Shown here: one piece after another, positions 35,927 through 45,026 of the stretch
Position numbering within the stretch: the stretch's first letter is position 1
How the letters are laid out: the number at the start of each line of letters is the position of its first letter
IMG/VR virus record: IMGVR_UViG_3300029258_005088
Length of the DNA stretch: 64,000 nucleotides
Origin: a virus
Reading direction: 5' to 3' (one strand)
The notes under the pieces: generated by a model
The model's input: only the letters and a program-made list of their open reading frames with translations
Database searches by the model: none
Told to the model about the DNA's origin: nothing
Position numbers and translations under genes: made by a program

Positions 35927-37173
35927 TACACAACTCCCTCTCTAAGTTTGTTATCTTTATTTGCAATGGTCATTCCACTGGATAATGCCTTAAGCACCAG
36001 TTTAAACGCATTTCTATCTGTCAGGTACAGATACCTCATAGCGTCCGTCTTGGAGTGCTTCTTTCTAAGAGAATCATACTTATCCAGTGCCTTTCCGACC
36101 GCTGCGTATTCTTTCTTGTCAAAAGGTGACGGGATGCCCATGGATTTTGCTCTCTCATTGGACCTATGGAAAAGCCTTGCTCTACTCTGAGTCTTCCCTG
36201 GTTTTTCAGATTCCTGTAACCAAATCTTAGACGGACCTCCTAGACGGCTGAAATTTTCCGATCTGGTCATATTAGCGAAGTCTCCAACGAACTTCTTCCA
36301 GTTATCGTCTCCTTCCACCTTGGAGGCTATGTACTGTTTGTATTTATCTACCATATTGCCCCATTCCTCATTCAAAGAAGAGTCTGGGTATAGTGACTGT
36401 TTCACAGGACTGTCATTAGTTATTAAGGCAGTGTTCTTCTTAGGATCGGCCCAATAATTCATTATGCTCCTAAGTTCTTGATACGGCTGTGCCTTGTTCT
36501 TCATATCACTCTCTAACCAAGCCCTCTCTTTATCCGACGGCTCGGTCTTCCATGTCCGTCCATGGAATCGGGCGGCCCTTCTATAGTCTTCGTCTCCTAC
36601 CGGAAGCCCTTTCGCAAGATCGAACGCTGGATACTTGACGTCTGGTCCATCTATATCCGGATTGTGTCCTACAGTATAGGCAGGTGCGCGGCTAACATAC
36701 TTTGGAGGCCTTGTGTCTATCCAATGTCCGGTTCTTCCCTTCCAATTCAGATGACCAAAGTCTTTCATTGCTTTCAGCAGTGCCGGATGACAACCTCCTC
36801 CAAGGTTGCAGGCGTCAATATTCAAAGCATAGTCACCCTTCGAGGGCACTGCCCTGCTGACGTGATTCATGATTGTTGAATTTACTAAGTCCTTGTTGTC
36901 TACAGAGTAGGACGACCTTCCGCCACCATGCCCGTGTATACCTACCGTGGGAAGGCCTTTTACCGACCTAAATTGAGATGGGTCATCCTTAAGTCTAGCG
37001 TCGAATGCGTTATCCGGTCTACTGGGAGAATATGCCGTCGTGTATTTCTCGTTAATAGGGGTTGGTCTCCTTATATTATACTTCCAGGCGCTTTTGGCTT
37101 TTGACTGGTTATCTCCGGCTCTCTTGTTCATATAGCCGTCCTGGTAGCCTGTTCTATAGGACTTATCGGTCAT
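35926..37173 (-). CDS. Leader-tagged protein with a clan-CD (caspase / C80-like) cysteine protease domain
   Basis: Leader SYRTGYQDGYMNKRA; strand-His VGIHGHG and strand-Cys LNIDAC dyad pattern. Confidence 0.55.
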   Translation of the reverse strand: MTDKSYRTGYQDGYMNKRAGDNQSKAKSAWKYNIRRPTPINEKYTTAYSPSRPDNAFDARLKDDPSQFRSVKGLPTVGIHGHGGGRSSYSVDNKDLVNSTIMNHVSRAVPSKGDYALNIDACNLGGGCHPALLKAMKDFGHLNWKGRTGHWIDTRPPKYVSRAPAYTVGHNPDIDGPDVKYPAFDLAKGLPVGDEDYRRAARFHGRTWKTEPSDKERAWLESDMKNKAQPYQELRSIMNYWADPKKNTALITNDSPVKQSLYPDSSLNEEWGNMVDKYKQYIASKVEGDDNWKKFVGDFANMTRSENFSRLGGPSKIWLQESEKPGKTQSRARLFHRSNERAKSMGIPSPFDKKEYAAVGKALDKYDSLRKKHSKTDAMRYLYLTDRNAFKLVLKALSSGMTIANKDNKLREGVV

Positions 37174-39222
37174 TCACAGCACTCCCTTGGTCGCTCTCTG
37201 CAGAGATATTCGTTTTCCGCTCTCGAAGAGGGGCTTGACCTTGTCCAGCCTGGTCCCTGTCTGGCGGGCATACTGGCTGTTTCTGAAAGATTGTCTGAGG
37301 CGCTCGGCGTTTTCCGCCGTGGGATTGACCATGAGAGCGTTCACGGCGTTATGGCCCTGTTGGAACTCCTTGAGATTGTCTCCCAGTGCATAGGCATGGA
37401 TCTTGAGCCAGTTCTGCATCATGGGGTTGAGTTTGCGCCAGTTCGGGTTCCAGGCATCGAGCTGTGTCGGGACGATTTTCTCGAGGTGGTGCTTGGTCGC
37501 CGCCCAATCCTCTTTGGTCTTGATGGTGCCTTTGCCGCTGCGGAGCTGTTTGAATCTGTTGTTCCCCCAGATCTTGGAAAGCTTGGAGGTGTTGGCCGGA
37601 CTCATGTAATGCCCGGTACCGATCGTGGGATAAGGCTCCTTGACGCCTTCGGCATTGGTGACGTGCTTGGCGGTAGGGCTGAAACCCTCGGCCTTGCTGA
37701 GCCACGGGTGTATGGCTTCATGGGCCTTGTCTCCGGCAGTCTTGGACGCCATTCTCGTAGAAGGATCTTTATTTACGAGCCCCAGGAAATCTTCTGCCAT
37801 ATCCCATAATAAGGCTTCCCATTCTTTACCCTTCCCTTCCCTCTCCATTATGCTGCGCAATGCCCGTAGATCAAAAGAATCATCAACCATAGGCTTCAGT
37901 TCACGTTTTATCTTTCTGTCCGGAGACGTCGCCCACTGGAGAAATGCAAAGGCTTTCTTCTTATCGCTGACGTCTACTCCCATGTGACTTGCGAGTGCCT
38001 TGAGATTACCTAATCTTGCTTCTCTTTCTATCTGCCGCATGGTGTAGGGAGCGGTGTGTCTCTTACTTCGAGCCTCTATGAACTTTCCTTTTTCATCCGT
38101 ATCCTGCACCATCTCGCTCATCTTATCGTGAGCCCACGTGTCCGCACTAAGGTGTCTCTTGTTTCTAGCCGCATTCTCCCTTACGACATCTTGTGCCGTT
38201 CCCTTTCCTTCGCCCTTAAGCGGGTACCATTTTCTGGCATGCTGAAGTACGTGTCGATACTCATGAGGAAGGAGTCGAGCCGTATGAGGCCTTATCCAAA
38301 TATCTGGGATGCGTTTACCAGGAGAGTATATGAACCCTCCTCCGCTTTTGTCGGGAGCGTCCTCATTTCTAAGAATCTTGTACGGAAAAGGCCTGTCCAA
38401 TGCCTTGTCATCCAGCCTCATGGCAAACCTATTCTTATACCCTTCTTTCTTCCTATACTCTCTGGCCTGCTCAAGGGACTTCTTGAAGGCTTCTGGACTA
38501 GGATACGTACTGCTTATTACTCTCCTAGGCGTATCCACTCCTGAGACAATAGGCTTTACGACAGGGACGGCTTTCTTAGAAATTTCTTTACTAGCATCTG
38601 CAGGTACCTCTCCCTTGTCTCCGGCAGTCTTCGCTATGATCTTGCCGTCCTTCAGCTCGTAAGGAGCCCATACCTGGCCTTCTACATAGTTGCCCGTCAG
38701 CCTGGGCAGCATGTCGAGCTTGCCTGCTTTCCTAAGCTCCACCAAGGTCATCAGCGTCTTGACCTCCTCACTGAGATTGCTCTTGTTGTGTCGCTCTCTA
38801 CGGAGATAATCGAAGGAGTCGCCGGGCGAAAACGTGGAAGCCTGCAGAAGCTCTTCGTCTATAGGATATACCTGGGTCGACTTGATATCGTGACCCCATG
38901 CCTTCTTCTGCTTGTCGGTACGGAAATACAAAGGATGCTTCAACTGTACCTTGTCGCCGAGTTTCTTGACGGCCTCCTCTCGTAGCGCCTTTTCAAGTCG
39001 AACACGGTCCTGCTTGTACCGATCGGTGTTCTTGTCTGGGGTATGCTCTTTATACCACTGCAGAACCTGCTCCTGCTCCTCTGGAGGCATATCGAGGAAA
39101 TTTCCGGGAAGCTTGCCTCCACGACCATAGTGATATCCCTCGACCTTGGCAGTCTTGTCCATATACCCGTCGAGATATCCCGAGGATCCAGACAACAGAA
39201 CTGCTGTGGTTACCGACATCAT
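37174..39222 (-). CDS. Three-domain polyprotein: ART-like / zincin metallopeptidase / T4-type lysozyme
   Basis: Domains separated by KTA motifs at aa 23-25, 198-200 and 494-496. YHY...FSPGDS...YVEGQVW; HEYRH...EREARLG; AEGF...PTIGTGH. Confidence 0.7.
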   Translation of the reverse strand: MMSVTTAVLLSGSSGYLDGYMDKTAKVEGYHYGRGGKLPGNFLDMPPEEQEQVLQWYKEHTPDKNTDRYKQDRVRLEKALREEAVKKLGDKVQLKHPLYFRTDKQKKAWGHDIKSTQVYPIDEELLQASTFSPGDSFDYLRRERHNKSNLSEEVKTLMTLVELRKAGKLDMLPRLTGNYVEGQVWAPYELKDGKIIAKTAGDKGEVPADASKEISKKAVPVVKPIVSGVDTPRRVISSTYPSPEAFKKSLEQAREYRKKEGYKNRFAMRLDDKALDRPFPYKILRNEDAPDKSGGGFIYSPGKRIPDIWIRPHTARLLPHEYRHVLQHARKWYPLKGEGKGTAQDVVRENAARNKRHLSADTWAHDKMSEMVQDTDEKGKFIEARSKRHTAPYTMRQIEREARLGNLKALASHMGVDVSDKKKAFAFLQWATSPDRKIKRELKPMVDDSFDLRALRSIMEREGKGKEWEALLWDMAEDFLGLVNKDPSTRMASKTAGDKAHEAIHPWLSKAEGFSPTAKHVTNAEGVKEPYPTIGTGHYMSPANTSKLSKIWGNNRFKQLRSGKGTIKTKEDWAATKHHLEKIVPTQLDAWNPNWRKLNPMMQNWLKIHAYALGDNLKEFQQGHNAVNALMVNPTAENAERLRQSFRNSQYARQTGTRLDKVKPLFESGKRISLQRATKGVL

Positions 39223-39230
39223 ACCTTCCC
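39148..39230. repeat. 83-bp direct repeat, copy 1 (RBS + start + leader)
   Basis: 6 mismatches against 40206-40288. Confidence 0.95.
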
Positions 39231-40280
39231 TTTGTGTTTGCCGGGCTGCTGGTCCCTAGCCATAAGACTGCCCTCATCGATGAGGTCCTGCATCAGCTCA
39301 CGTTCCTCTGGCGCCAGGGCCTTGAGAGCCTTCTCTGCGTCCATGGTCTCACGCAGCTTGTCGTACTTCTTGATGAGTGGGTAGATCTTCTTGTAGTACT
39401 CGTCGTAGAACTTGAGGTAGCCGGCGTCATCTTCCTTGGCCTTGGACCTGCCGTACTCGTTGTCGCTGTATCCGTAGTTCCGCGCACGCTGGGCCTTGAG
39501 AAATTCGGCTGTGCGTGCAACCTGCGAAGCATTGAACTGCCCGGTACGCGTCTTTGCCTTGGCCGCATCCGTCTGGCGCTTTATGGAACTCTGTAGGTGG
39601 TCTGCTTTCGGAGCGTAGGGCATCATGCCCATGCTTATGAAGGTGCCTTCCCCACCCCGCATATTCTCTCGTCTGGTTTCTTCATGCTTCCTATCCGCAC
39701 CCTCGAAGGTGTTCGGATACTTGCGCAGTGCCGCACGCATCTTGGCATCGTTGAGCCTCCGATTAGCACTTCTGATGGCGGCCTCGGTTTCATACCTTTT
39801 GCCTGCTATTCCAGTGTGTATCGTCTTGGGGAACGTCTTGGGGTCCGGCAGTGCCGCACGCTCGGCTTCCAGCATCTTCAATCTCCTGGCATCGATCCGC
39901 CTCCCATGCGCACCTTGCTCCCTATTGGTCCACTCTATCATCTTTCGGAGACGTGCCTGATCTGCAGGGTTCTTCGCAGCCTTGAGCTGCTTCTCGTAGT
40001 CCTGGCGTATCTTATCGTAGCCCTGGTAATCCTTCTCCATGCCCTGCAACTGTTGATGAGTAACATTCTTTGGCTTTTCCGCCTTGATTGGCTTCGTCTT
40101 GGATGTAGTTGTCTGCGGAACCTTGATCTTACCGTAGTTCTTGGAGACTCCGCCTTCGACGGGCAGTGCTGCATGCTTGTTCAGCTCGCTCACGAATCTC
40201 ACGCCGGCAGTCTTGTCCATGTACCCGTCGAGATATCCCGAGGATCCAGACGACAAAAATGCTGTGGTCACCGACATCAT
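39219..40280 (-). CDS. Leader-tagged basic hypothetical protein
   Basis: Start reassigned to ATG 40280 (ATGA overlap; 353 aa). Leader MMSVTTAFLSSGSSGYLDGYMDKTA, then a second leader-like segment RFVSELNKHA. Confidence 0.65.
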   Translation of the reverse strand: MMSVTTAFLSSGSSGYLDGYMDKTAGVRFVSELNKHAALPVEGGVSKNYGKIKVPQTTTSKTKPIKAEKPKNVTHQQLQGMEKDYQGYDKIRQDYEKQLKAAKNPADQARLRKMIEWTNREQGAHGRRIDARRLKMLEAERAALPDPKTFPKTIHTGIAGKRYETEAAIRSANRRLNDAKMRAALRKYPNTFEGADRKHEETRRENMRGGEGTFISMGMMPYAPKADHLQSSIKRQTDAAKAKTRTGQFNASQVARTAEFLKAQRARNYGYSDNEYGRSKAKEDDAGYLKFYDEYYKKIYPLIKKYDKLRETMDAEKALKALAPEERELMQDLIDEGSLMARDQQPGKHKGKV

Positions 40281-40288
40281 GCCTTCCC
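40206..40288. repeat. 83-bp direct repeat, copy 2
   Basis: Matches 39148-39230 at 77 of 83 positions. Confidence 0.95.
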
Positions 40289-41887
40289 CATAAACTCCAG
40301 TGTTTTCTGAACCAGCCAAGACCGTCCGGAGGCTTCCTTCTTCATAGACGAGCCTTCTTCTTCGGGAGCTCCGTCCATTTCCTCGACCTCTTCCTCGCCT
40401 TCTTCGCGGAAGTCCTCATCGGTTGGATCCAGCTCCTCGAGCAGAGCTTCCAACTCCCCGACGTGTACCTTCTCCTCGTCGGCTATATCCTGAAGAATCT
40501 GTGCGGCACGCCTGTTCTCGGTGCTGTCGGCCACTGTTTCGTAGTGCTTGATCGCCTTCTGCTCTTCTATGATGGCGTCTCGAACGGCACGAGTCAGTTC
40601 ACGACGACCCAGCCTGGGAAGCTCCTTGACGTTCTCCATGCTACTCGCAGTCTTGGCTATATGTCTCGTCTCGAAAAGCACCTTGATCAGTGCCGCCCGT
40701 TTCTCCTGGCTTATCATAGGTGCCTCCAATTCTGAATACGCGTATTCACTTTTGCCTTCCTTACCTTCCATCTTCTCGAGGTCTGTGTAATAATCAGGCA
40801 TTTCTGTAAGATGATCCAACGCGATTTCTTCTGCAAGCTTCTGGTCTCTTGTATGTTCCTTTTCGACCTTCTTCCCCTTCTTGAGCTCTTCTTTGTCGAC
40901 ATCCTTCGGAGTTACGTTTTCTTTGTCGGCAAGGCCCGTAGTATCGGATCCGACTTTCTGCAGGGGCTTCAACACTTTCGAGGTATCCCCACGGGCGACC
41001 CACTTCTTGAACTGGTCCATGGTAAGTGCGGTGATGGAGCCGAGACCGTCCCAGCCTTTCTCGTAGTTGTCTAGATATCCCTTGCGGGCATCCTTCTCGT
41101 TGGTGAAGCCCAGCATGCACTTGTGCTCGTCGAAGCCTTTGCCTCCTTTGTTCGTCTGGTTGACGACGAACACCATCTCAGAGTCTACGTCCGGTCCGAT
41201 GAAGACGTCTACGTGATCGCCGTCGGCGTCGGACTTAGTCCGCTTGATGTAGCCGTAGTGATGCTTCATCAGGGTCTTCCATTCCGTACCGTCCGGGGAT
41301 TTGCCTTTACGATACTGGCCCTTTAGATTCTCGATGGTGATGTCCATACCATGCAGGCGGGTATGACCCTTGCGATAATTACCTGCTTCGGCCTGTTCCT
41401 TGGACTTCGGCTGAACCGGCGTGCCCTTGATCTTTAGGGAAGCTTCTTTTTCACCCGGCTCCTGCGAAGGGGCTCCATATATCTCGGCCAGTTGTAGCTT
41501 TCTCACCTCCTCGTTACTTAGATAGTTGCCCTCGTCATCGATGGGATGATATAAGTCCTCTCCGCTATTCAACTGCTCGGTCTCGAACTCGGTCAGATAA
41601 CCACGCCTCATTTCCCACAATTTCTTTTCTAGGTACTTACCCAGTGCGTCCTCTTCTTCCGTACCTCCTGTGCCATAAGACGAAGGTATCGCCGCATTTA
41701 TTTTTGTATACAGCCTCAGTCTTTGTCCTGGAGTGAGTTCTTCCCAGTGTGCTTCTTCCAGCTCATTCTGGGCTATTCCTGGTACTGTCTGTGTGGCTCC
41801 TTCGTCTACCACAGCGTCTCGGGCCTCCTTCTGCTGCTTCGCCTCCTTCCACGAAAGGATCATATTCGTAAAATCTGTTCTAGTCAT
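40277..41887 (-). CDS. Polyprotein: unknown domain / InPase / DUF5661-like / ferritin-like
   Basis: Start reassigned to ATG 41887 (536 aa). GNYRKGH...IEN...YGYI...DGDHVDVFIGP...FDEHKCMLGF; VEKEH...IALDHLTEMPDYY; EEQKAIKHYE...EEKVHVGEL. Confidence 0.75.
   Translation of the reverse strand: MTRTDFTNMILSWKEAKQQKEARDAVVDEGATQTVPGIAQNELEEAHWEELTPGQRLRLYTKINAAIPSSYGTGGTEEEDALGKYLEKKLWEMRRGYLTEFETEQLNSGEDLYHPIDDEGNYLSNEEVRKLQLAEIYGAPSQEPGEKEASLKIKGTPVQPKSKEQAEAGNYRKGHTRLHGMDITIENLKGQYRKGKSPDGTEWKTLMKHHYGYIKRTKSDADGDHVDVFIGPDVDSEMVFVVNQTNKGGKGFDEHKCMLGFTNEKDARKGYLDNYEKGWDGLGSITALTMDQFKKWVARGDTSKVLKPLQKVGSDTTGLADKENVTPKDVDKEELKKGKKVEKEHTRDQKLAEEIALDHLTEMPDYYTDLEKMEGKEGKSEYAYSELEAPMISQEKRAALIKVLFETRHIAKTASSMENVKELPRLGRRELTRAVRDAIIEEQKAIKHYETVADSTENRRAAQILQDIADEEKVHVGELEALLEELDPTDEDFREEGEEEVEEMDGAPEEEGSSMKKEASGRSWLVQKTLEFMGKA
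40733..40748. repeat. TGAATACGCGTATTCA palindrome (copy 2)
   Basis: Exact 16-bp palindrome in an inter-domain linker (encodes EYAYS). Confidence 0.95.
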
Positions 41888-44800
41888 TCGTATTCCTCTC
41901 TGACCTATGCGTGTAACCGTCCATATACCCGTGCGAGGCGTATTTCTGTCCACTAGGAAGTGATCGGTTGTCCACTACCAAAGGAAGCTCCTCTGAAAGC
42001 ATGTCAATGAACTTAATCTTCTTATCCGGAGTCAGTGTGTCGTAGTATTCAAGGAACTGCCTGGCACCGTGCTTATAAGGACGGTCTCCTTCGAAGAACT
42101 CCGTCAGTGCCTTTTTCGCCTCTGCCTTATTCCTGGCTCTACCTCCCTTGTTGTACCACCACGCTTTGATATCTCCTAGCCGTACCTCTCTCTCCTTATC
42201 GTCGATGAGGAAATATGCTACGTCGGACTGGCGGTCACTCCATTTGCTATCTACTATGAGTTTTCCATCGGCGTCTTTAACCCGCTCTTTCGTCTTGGGG
42301 TCCGTTTTAAATACGGTCCTTGTCGGGGTCATGTCAGGTTCGAACTCTTTCATATAGGCCATACTTCTCTTGAGTATATCCGGATGCCTTGCGTGTCCTA
42401 GGTTTTTGTTCAAACCAACCGTCTGATAAAAGCGAGGGTATTGTTTGTCCCCTACCTCGGGTATCTGGAAATTATGCCTGCTCTCGTGGATTATGGAATG
42501 ACCTAGGTCGGACACGTCTTTCTTTCCTCTAGCTCCTACGGTCATAGTAGGATGAACGCTCTCTACAGGACCGCTTTTCAAACCGCCCCCCTCCGGATAC
42601 ACGAAATCACTTTTGGTTCCTGCATTATGCTGGGCTCCGTACCACATCTTAGGGTCGAACTTCATCGGAATATACCTTTGAGGAAATCTAGTGGGCATGT
42701 CGATGCGCTCGACCCGCATGTTCGGAACCATGCCCGTGGCCTTCTGGTAGGCCAAGGCATCCTGAACGGACTTGTCTAGATTGCTGGGCTCTCCTGGCTT
42801 GTACACGCCTTGGTGATACCATCCACCGTACTGGTGGTGAAGAGGGAAGTACGTATCTACCTTTCCCTTGTTTTTACCCTTGTCCTCGCCCTTCCAGCCC
42901 CATTCGGCCATCTCCCAGGCTTTTTTATTTCTCTCGGCCCTTGCATTGAACTCCTTCTGCTTGGCTGCCTGAGCCGCCATCATCTGCTTCTTGATGGCCT
43001 CTATCTGCTTCTGATACGCACCTATCCTGTCTTGGTATCCCTTACCCATGTATTTCATCTGGTACTTATCCGTGGCAGGTGCCTTGGTGTCTACGTCAAC
43101 GGTCTTGACGGGAGGAGTTAATACAGGGTTGTTCACGGCCTTCTTGGCAGGTGTCTTGGAAGCTTGTTCGGCAATCGAAGGAACAGCGGGAGCCGCTCCG
43201 GAACTAGCCTCCTTCTGCTGTTTCTTCTTCTGACGTTCTTGCCATTCCTCGTACTTCTTCGGATTGTCCTTGAAGTACTGCAGCATATCGCCGCATGCAA
43301 CTTTCTGGACCTTGCCCGGAGGTCTTATCATCAGAGGGTACGGTCTATTGCGTTCCTCGTCCATAGGCATGATCCCGGACTTCTCGTCACCGGGAAGGAA
43401 CCCGTGCTTCCTGTAAAGGGATATCAGAGCTGCCAGACGGGCTTCGTATTCCTCGTCGTCGAAGTTCTCGTGCTCCTGCAGGTTCTCGTCCAGCTCGAAC
43501 GGCCCGGCTCTGAGAGCCAGGGTCTTCTTCTTGTTGTCTTTGACGATCTGTTTCAAAAGCTTGTCGGCAAAGCCCTTTCCTCGAAAATGAGGATCCGTGT
43601 GGATGTCTCCGACCACGCTGTAGTCGCCGTTGTCCTTCACGGTTGCATAGGATGCATCCACTCCCTTGTCGGTTACGAAATACTCCTTGACCGGTCCGTC
43701 CCCGTGAGTGGATACCTTGGCCTTCTTCTGCATGTCGCCACAGGCCACTTTCTCGTTGTCTATGAGATCCCAGGCGTCGTCCTTGGACATACCTTTCTCC
43801 TGAAGATCCCACGCTCTACGTATCCTGTCCTTTGCAGCGGAAGTCTTCACAGAGATGTCTACGTCCGGACTCGCCGCTGTAGCCGTATGCTCTCCCTCGT
43901 CTCTCTCCTTGAACCGAAACTCTTCGGATTCCGACAACTTCCTAAGTAGACGTACCAGACGAGCCCGCTTCTTGGGATCGTCCTCGAAGATGTGATAGTC
44001 CCAGTCCCTTCCTTCCGGATGAGGTCTTCCGTAAAAATCAGCTCTTCCCCTAGAGCCCGTCAGTTCTGCCTTACGGATCAGACGCTTCTTGAGGTCTGCC
44101 TTCTTCTGCATATTACCCGTATTCTTGTAGACCTTCTTCGCTATGTCATCCCAGATCTCTCTGCAGTGCTGGTCCTTGATGCACGTGATCTGCAGCTCCA
44201 TGCCCAGATGCTCTCTGCACCACTTCTTGATGGCGCGTCGGGCCACGCCGTCGTTGTCTCCGGCCACTCGAGCGGTGAATATCTTGATCTTCTTGCCCCG
44301 GCCGATATAACGCTTCACGCGGTCGACCATCTTCTGGATGGGCGCTCCGATGACGTCCGGACCCTTCCAGCCGTCGTATTTGGCCAGAGTACCGTCGAGA
44401 TCCACGCCGATCCACTCCTCGTCGGAAGCCTCCTTGTCCATCCCCAGAGGATCTCCGTAGTCCATCGTAAGCTCGGTATCTTCCGGAATGTCCCGCAATG
44501 CCTTGAAATAGCAACCATCGGGAGCGGGGTCGAATACGACGTTTGGATCCGATGCGTGGTTGGTGTAGCGTGCTCCGATCGTGCGATGCAGCTCCCTGTC
44601 CAGTGCGAGTGCGAACGACTCTCCCCGTTTTACGGGCTTGGTGACGAACGCGCCTTTTCCCTCTATGTCGGAATCCCTTATCTCTATGGGATCCTCGTCT
44701 GGCTGGGGAATGAGGTCGTCTGCATACTCCGAGTTTTGCCTATGCTCTTCCGCACTCGTTCCGCTCTCCTGCAGGTAGGTCTCGAAATCTGAACCCGTCT

Positions 44801-45026
44801 TCTGGAACAGAGGCGTTGCGACCTCTCTAGGAAGATGGAAGCGGAAACCGCTGGGACGATGGGTGACTCCGACGACGTCCCTCTCCCTGGAATCGATCTC
44901 GAAATCGCCGGGGTTCTTTCGTATGAGATCCGTTGCCAGCCTATGCTTCTCGGTATAGTTCCGTCTGTCCGACTCCTTCTTCAAAAGGAGAAGCGACTGT
45001 ATAAGCTGTCCTCGTCTTTGGTTCAT
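41880..45026 (-). CDS. Polyvalent polyprotein: small N-domain / SET / HAD / nucleotidyltransferase / GNAT / zincin
   Basis: GKGAF...RYTNHASDPN...ELTMDYG; IGVDLDGTLA...IFTAR...WDD; TGSRG...DWDY; DPHFRGKGFA...LYRKHGF; HESRH...EREVRLG. KxA-like motifs lie at each boundary. Confidence 0.8.
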   Translation of the reverse strand: MNQRRGQLIQSLLLLKKESDRRNYTEKHRLATDLIRKNPGDFEIDSRERDVVGVTHRPSGFRFHLPREVATPLFQKTGSDFETYLQESGTSAEEHRQNSEYADDLIPQPDEDPIEIRDSDIEGKGAFVTKPVKRGESFALALDRELHRTIGARYTNHASDPNVVFDPAPDGCYFKALRDIPEDTELTMDYGDPLGMDKEASDEEWIGVDLDGTLAKYDGWKGPDVIGAPIQKMVDRVKRYIGRGKKIKIFTARVAGDNDGVARRAIKKWCREHLGMELQITCIKDQHCREIWDDIAKKVYKNTGNMQKKADLKKRLIRKAELTGSRGRADFYGRPHPEGRDWDYHIFEDDPKKRARLVRLLRKLSESEEFRFKERDEGEHTATAASPDVDISVKTSAAKDRIRRAWDLQEKGMSKDDAWDLIDNEKVACGDMQKKAKVSTHGDGPVKEYFVTDKGVDASYATVKDNGDYSVVGDIHTDPHFRGKGFADKLLKQIVKDNKKKTLALRAGPFELDENLQEHENFDDEEYEARLAALISLYRKHGFLPGDEKSGIMPMDEERNRPYPLMIRPPGKVQKVACGDMLQYFKDNPKKYEEWQERQKKKQQKEASSGAAPAVPSIAEQASKTPAKKAVNNPVLTPPVKTVDVDTKAPATDKYQMKYMGKGYQDRIGAYQKQIEAIKKQMMAAQAAKQKEFNARAERNKKAWEMAEWGWKGEDKGKNKGKVDTYFPLHHQYGGWYHQGVYKPGEPSNLDKSVQDALAYQKATGMVPNMRVERIDMPTRFPQRYIPMKFDPKMWYGAQHNAGTKSDFVYPEGGGLKSGPVESVHPTMTVGARGKKDVSDLGHSIIHESRHNFQIPEVGDKQYPRFYQTVGLNKNLGHARHPDILKRSMAYMKEFEPDMTPTRTVFKTDPKTKERVKDADGKLIVDSKWSDRQSDVAYFLIDDKEREVRLGDIKAWWYNKGGRARNKAEAKKALTEFFEGDRPYKHGARQFLEYYDTLTPDKKIKFIDMLSEELPLVVDNRSLPSGQKYASHGYMDGYTHRSERNTND

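Noticed and set aside
39219-40280. Third zincin domain at KHEETRRE
   Set aside because: It lacks the second His of HExxH, so it is left as hypothetical.
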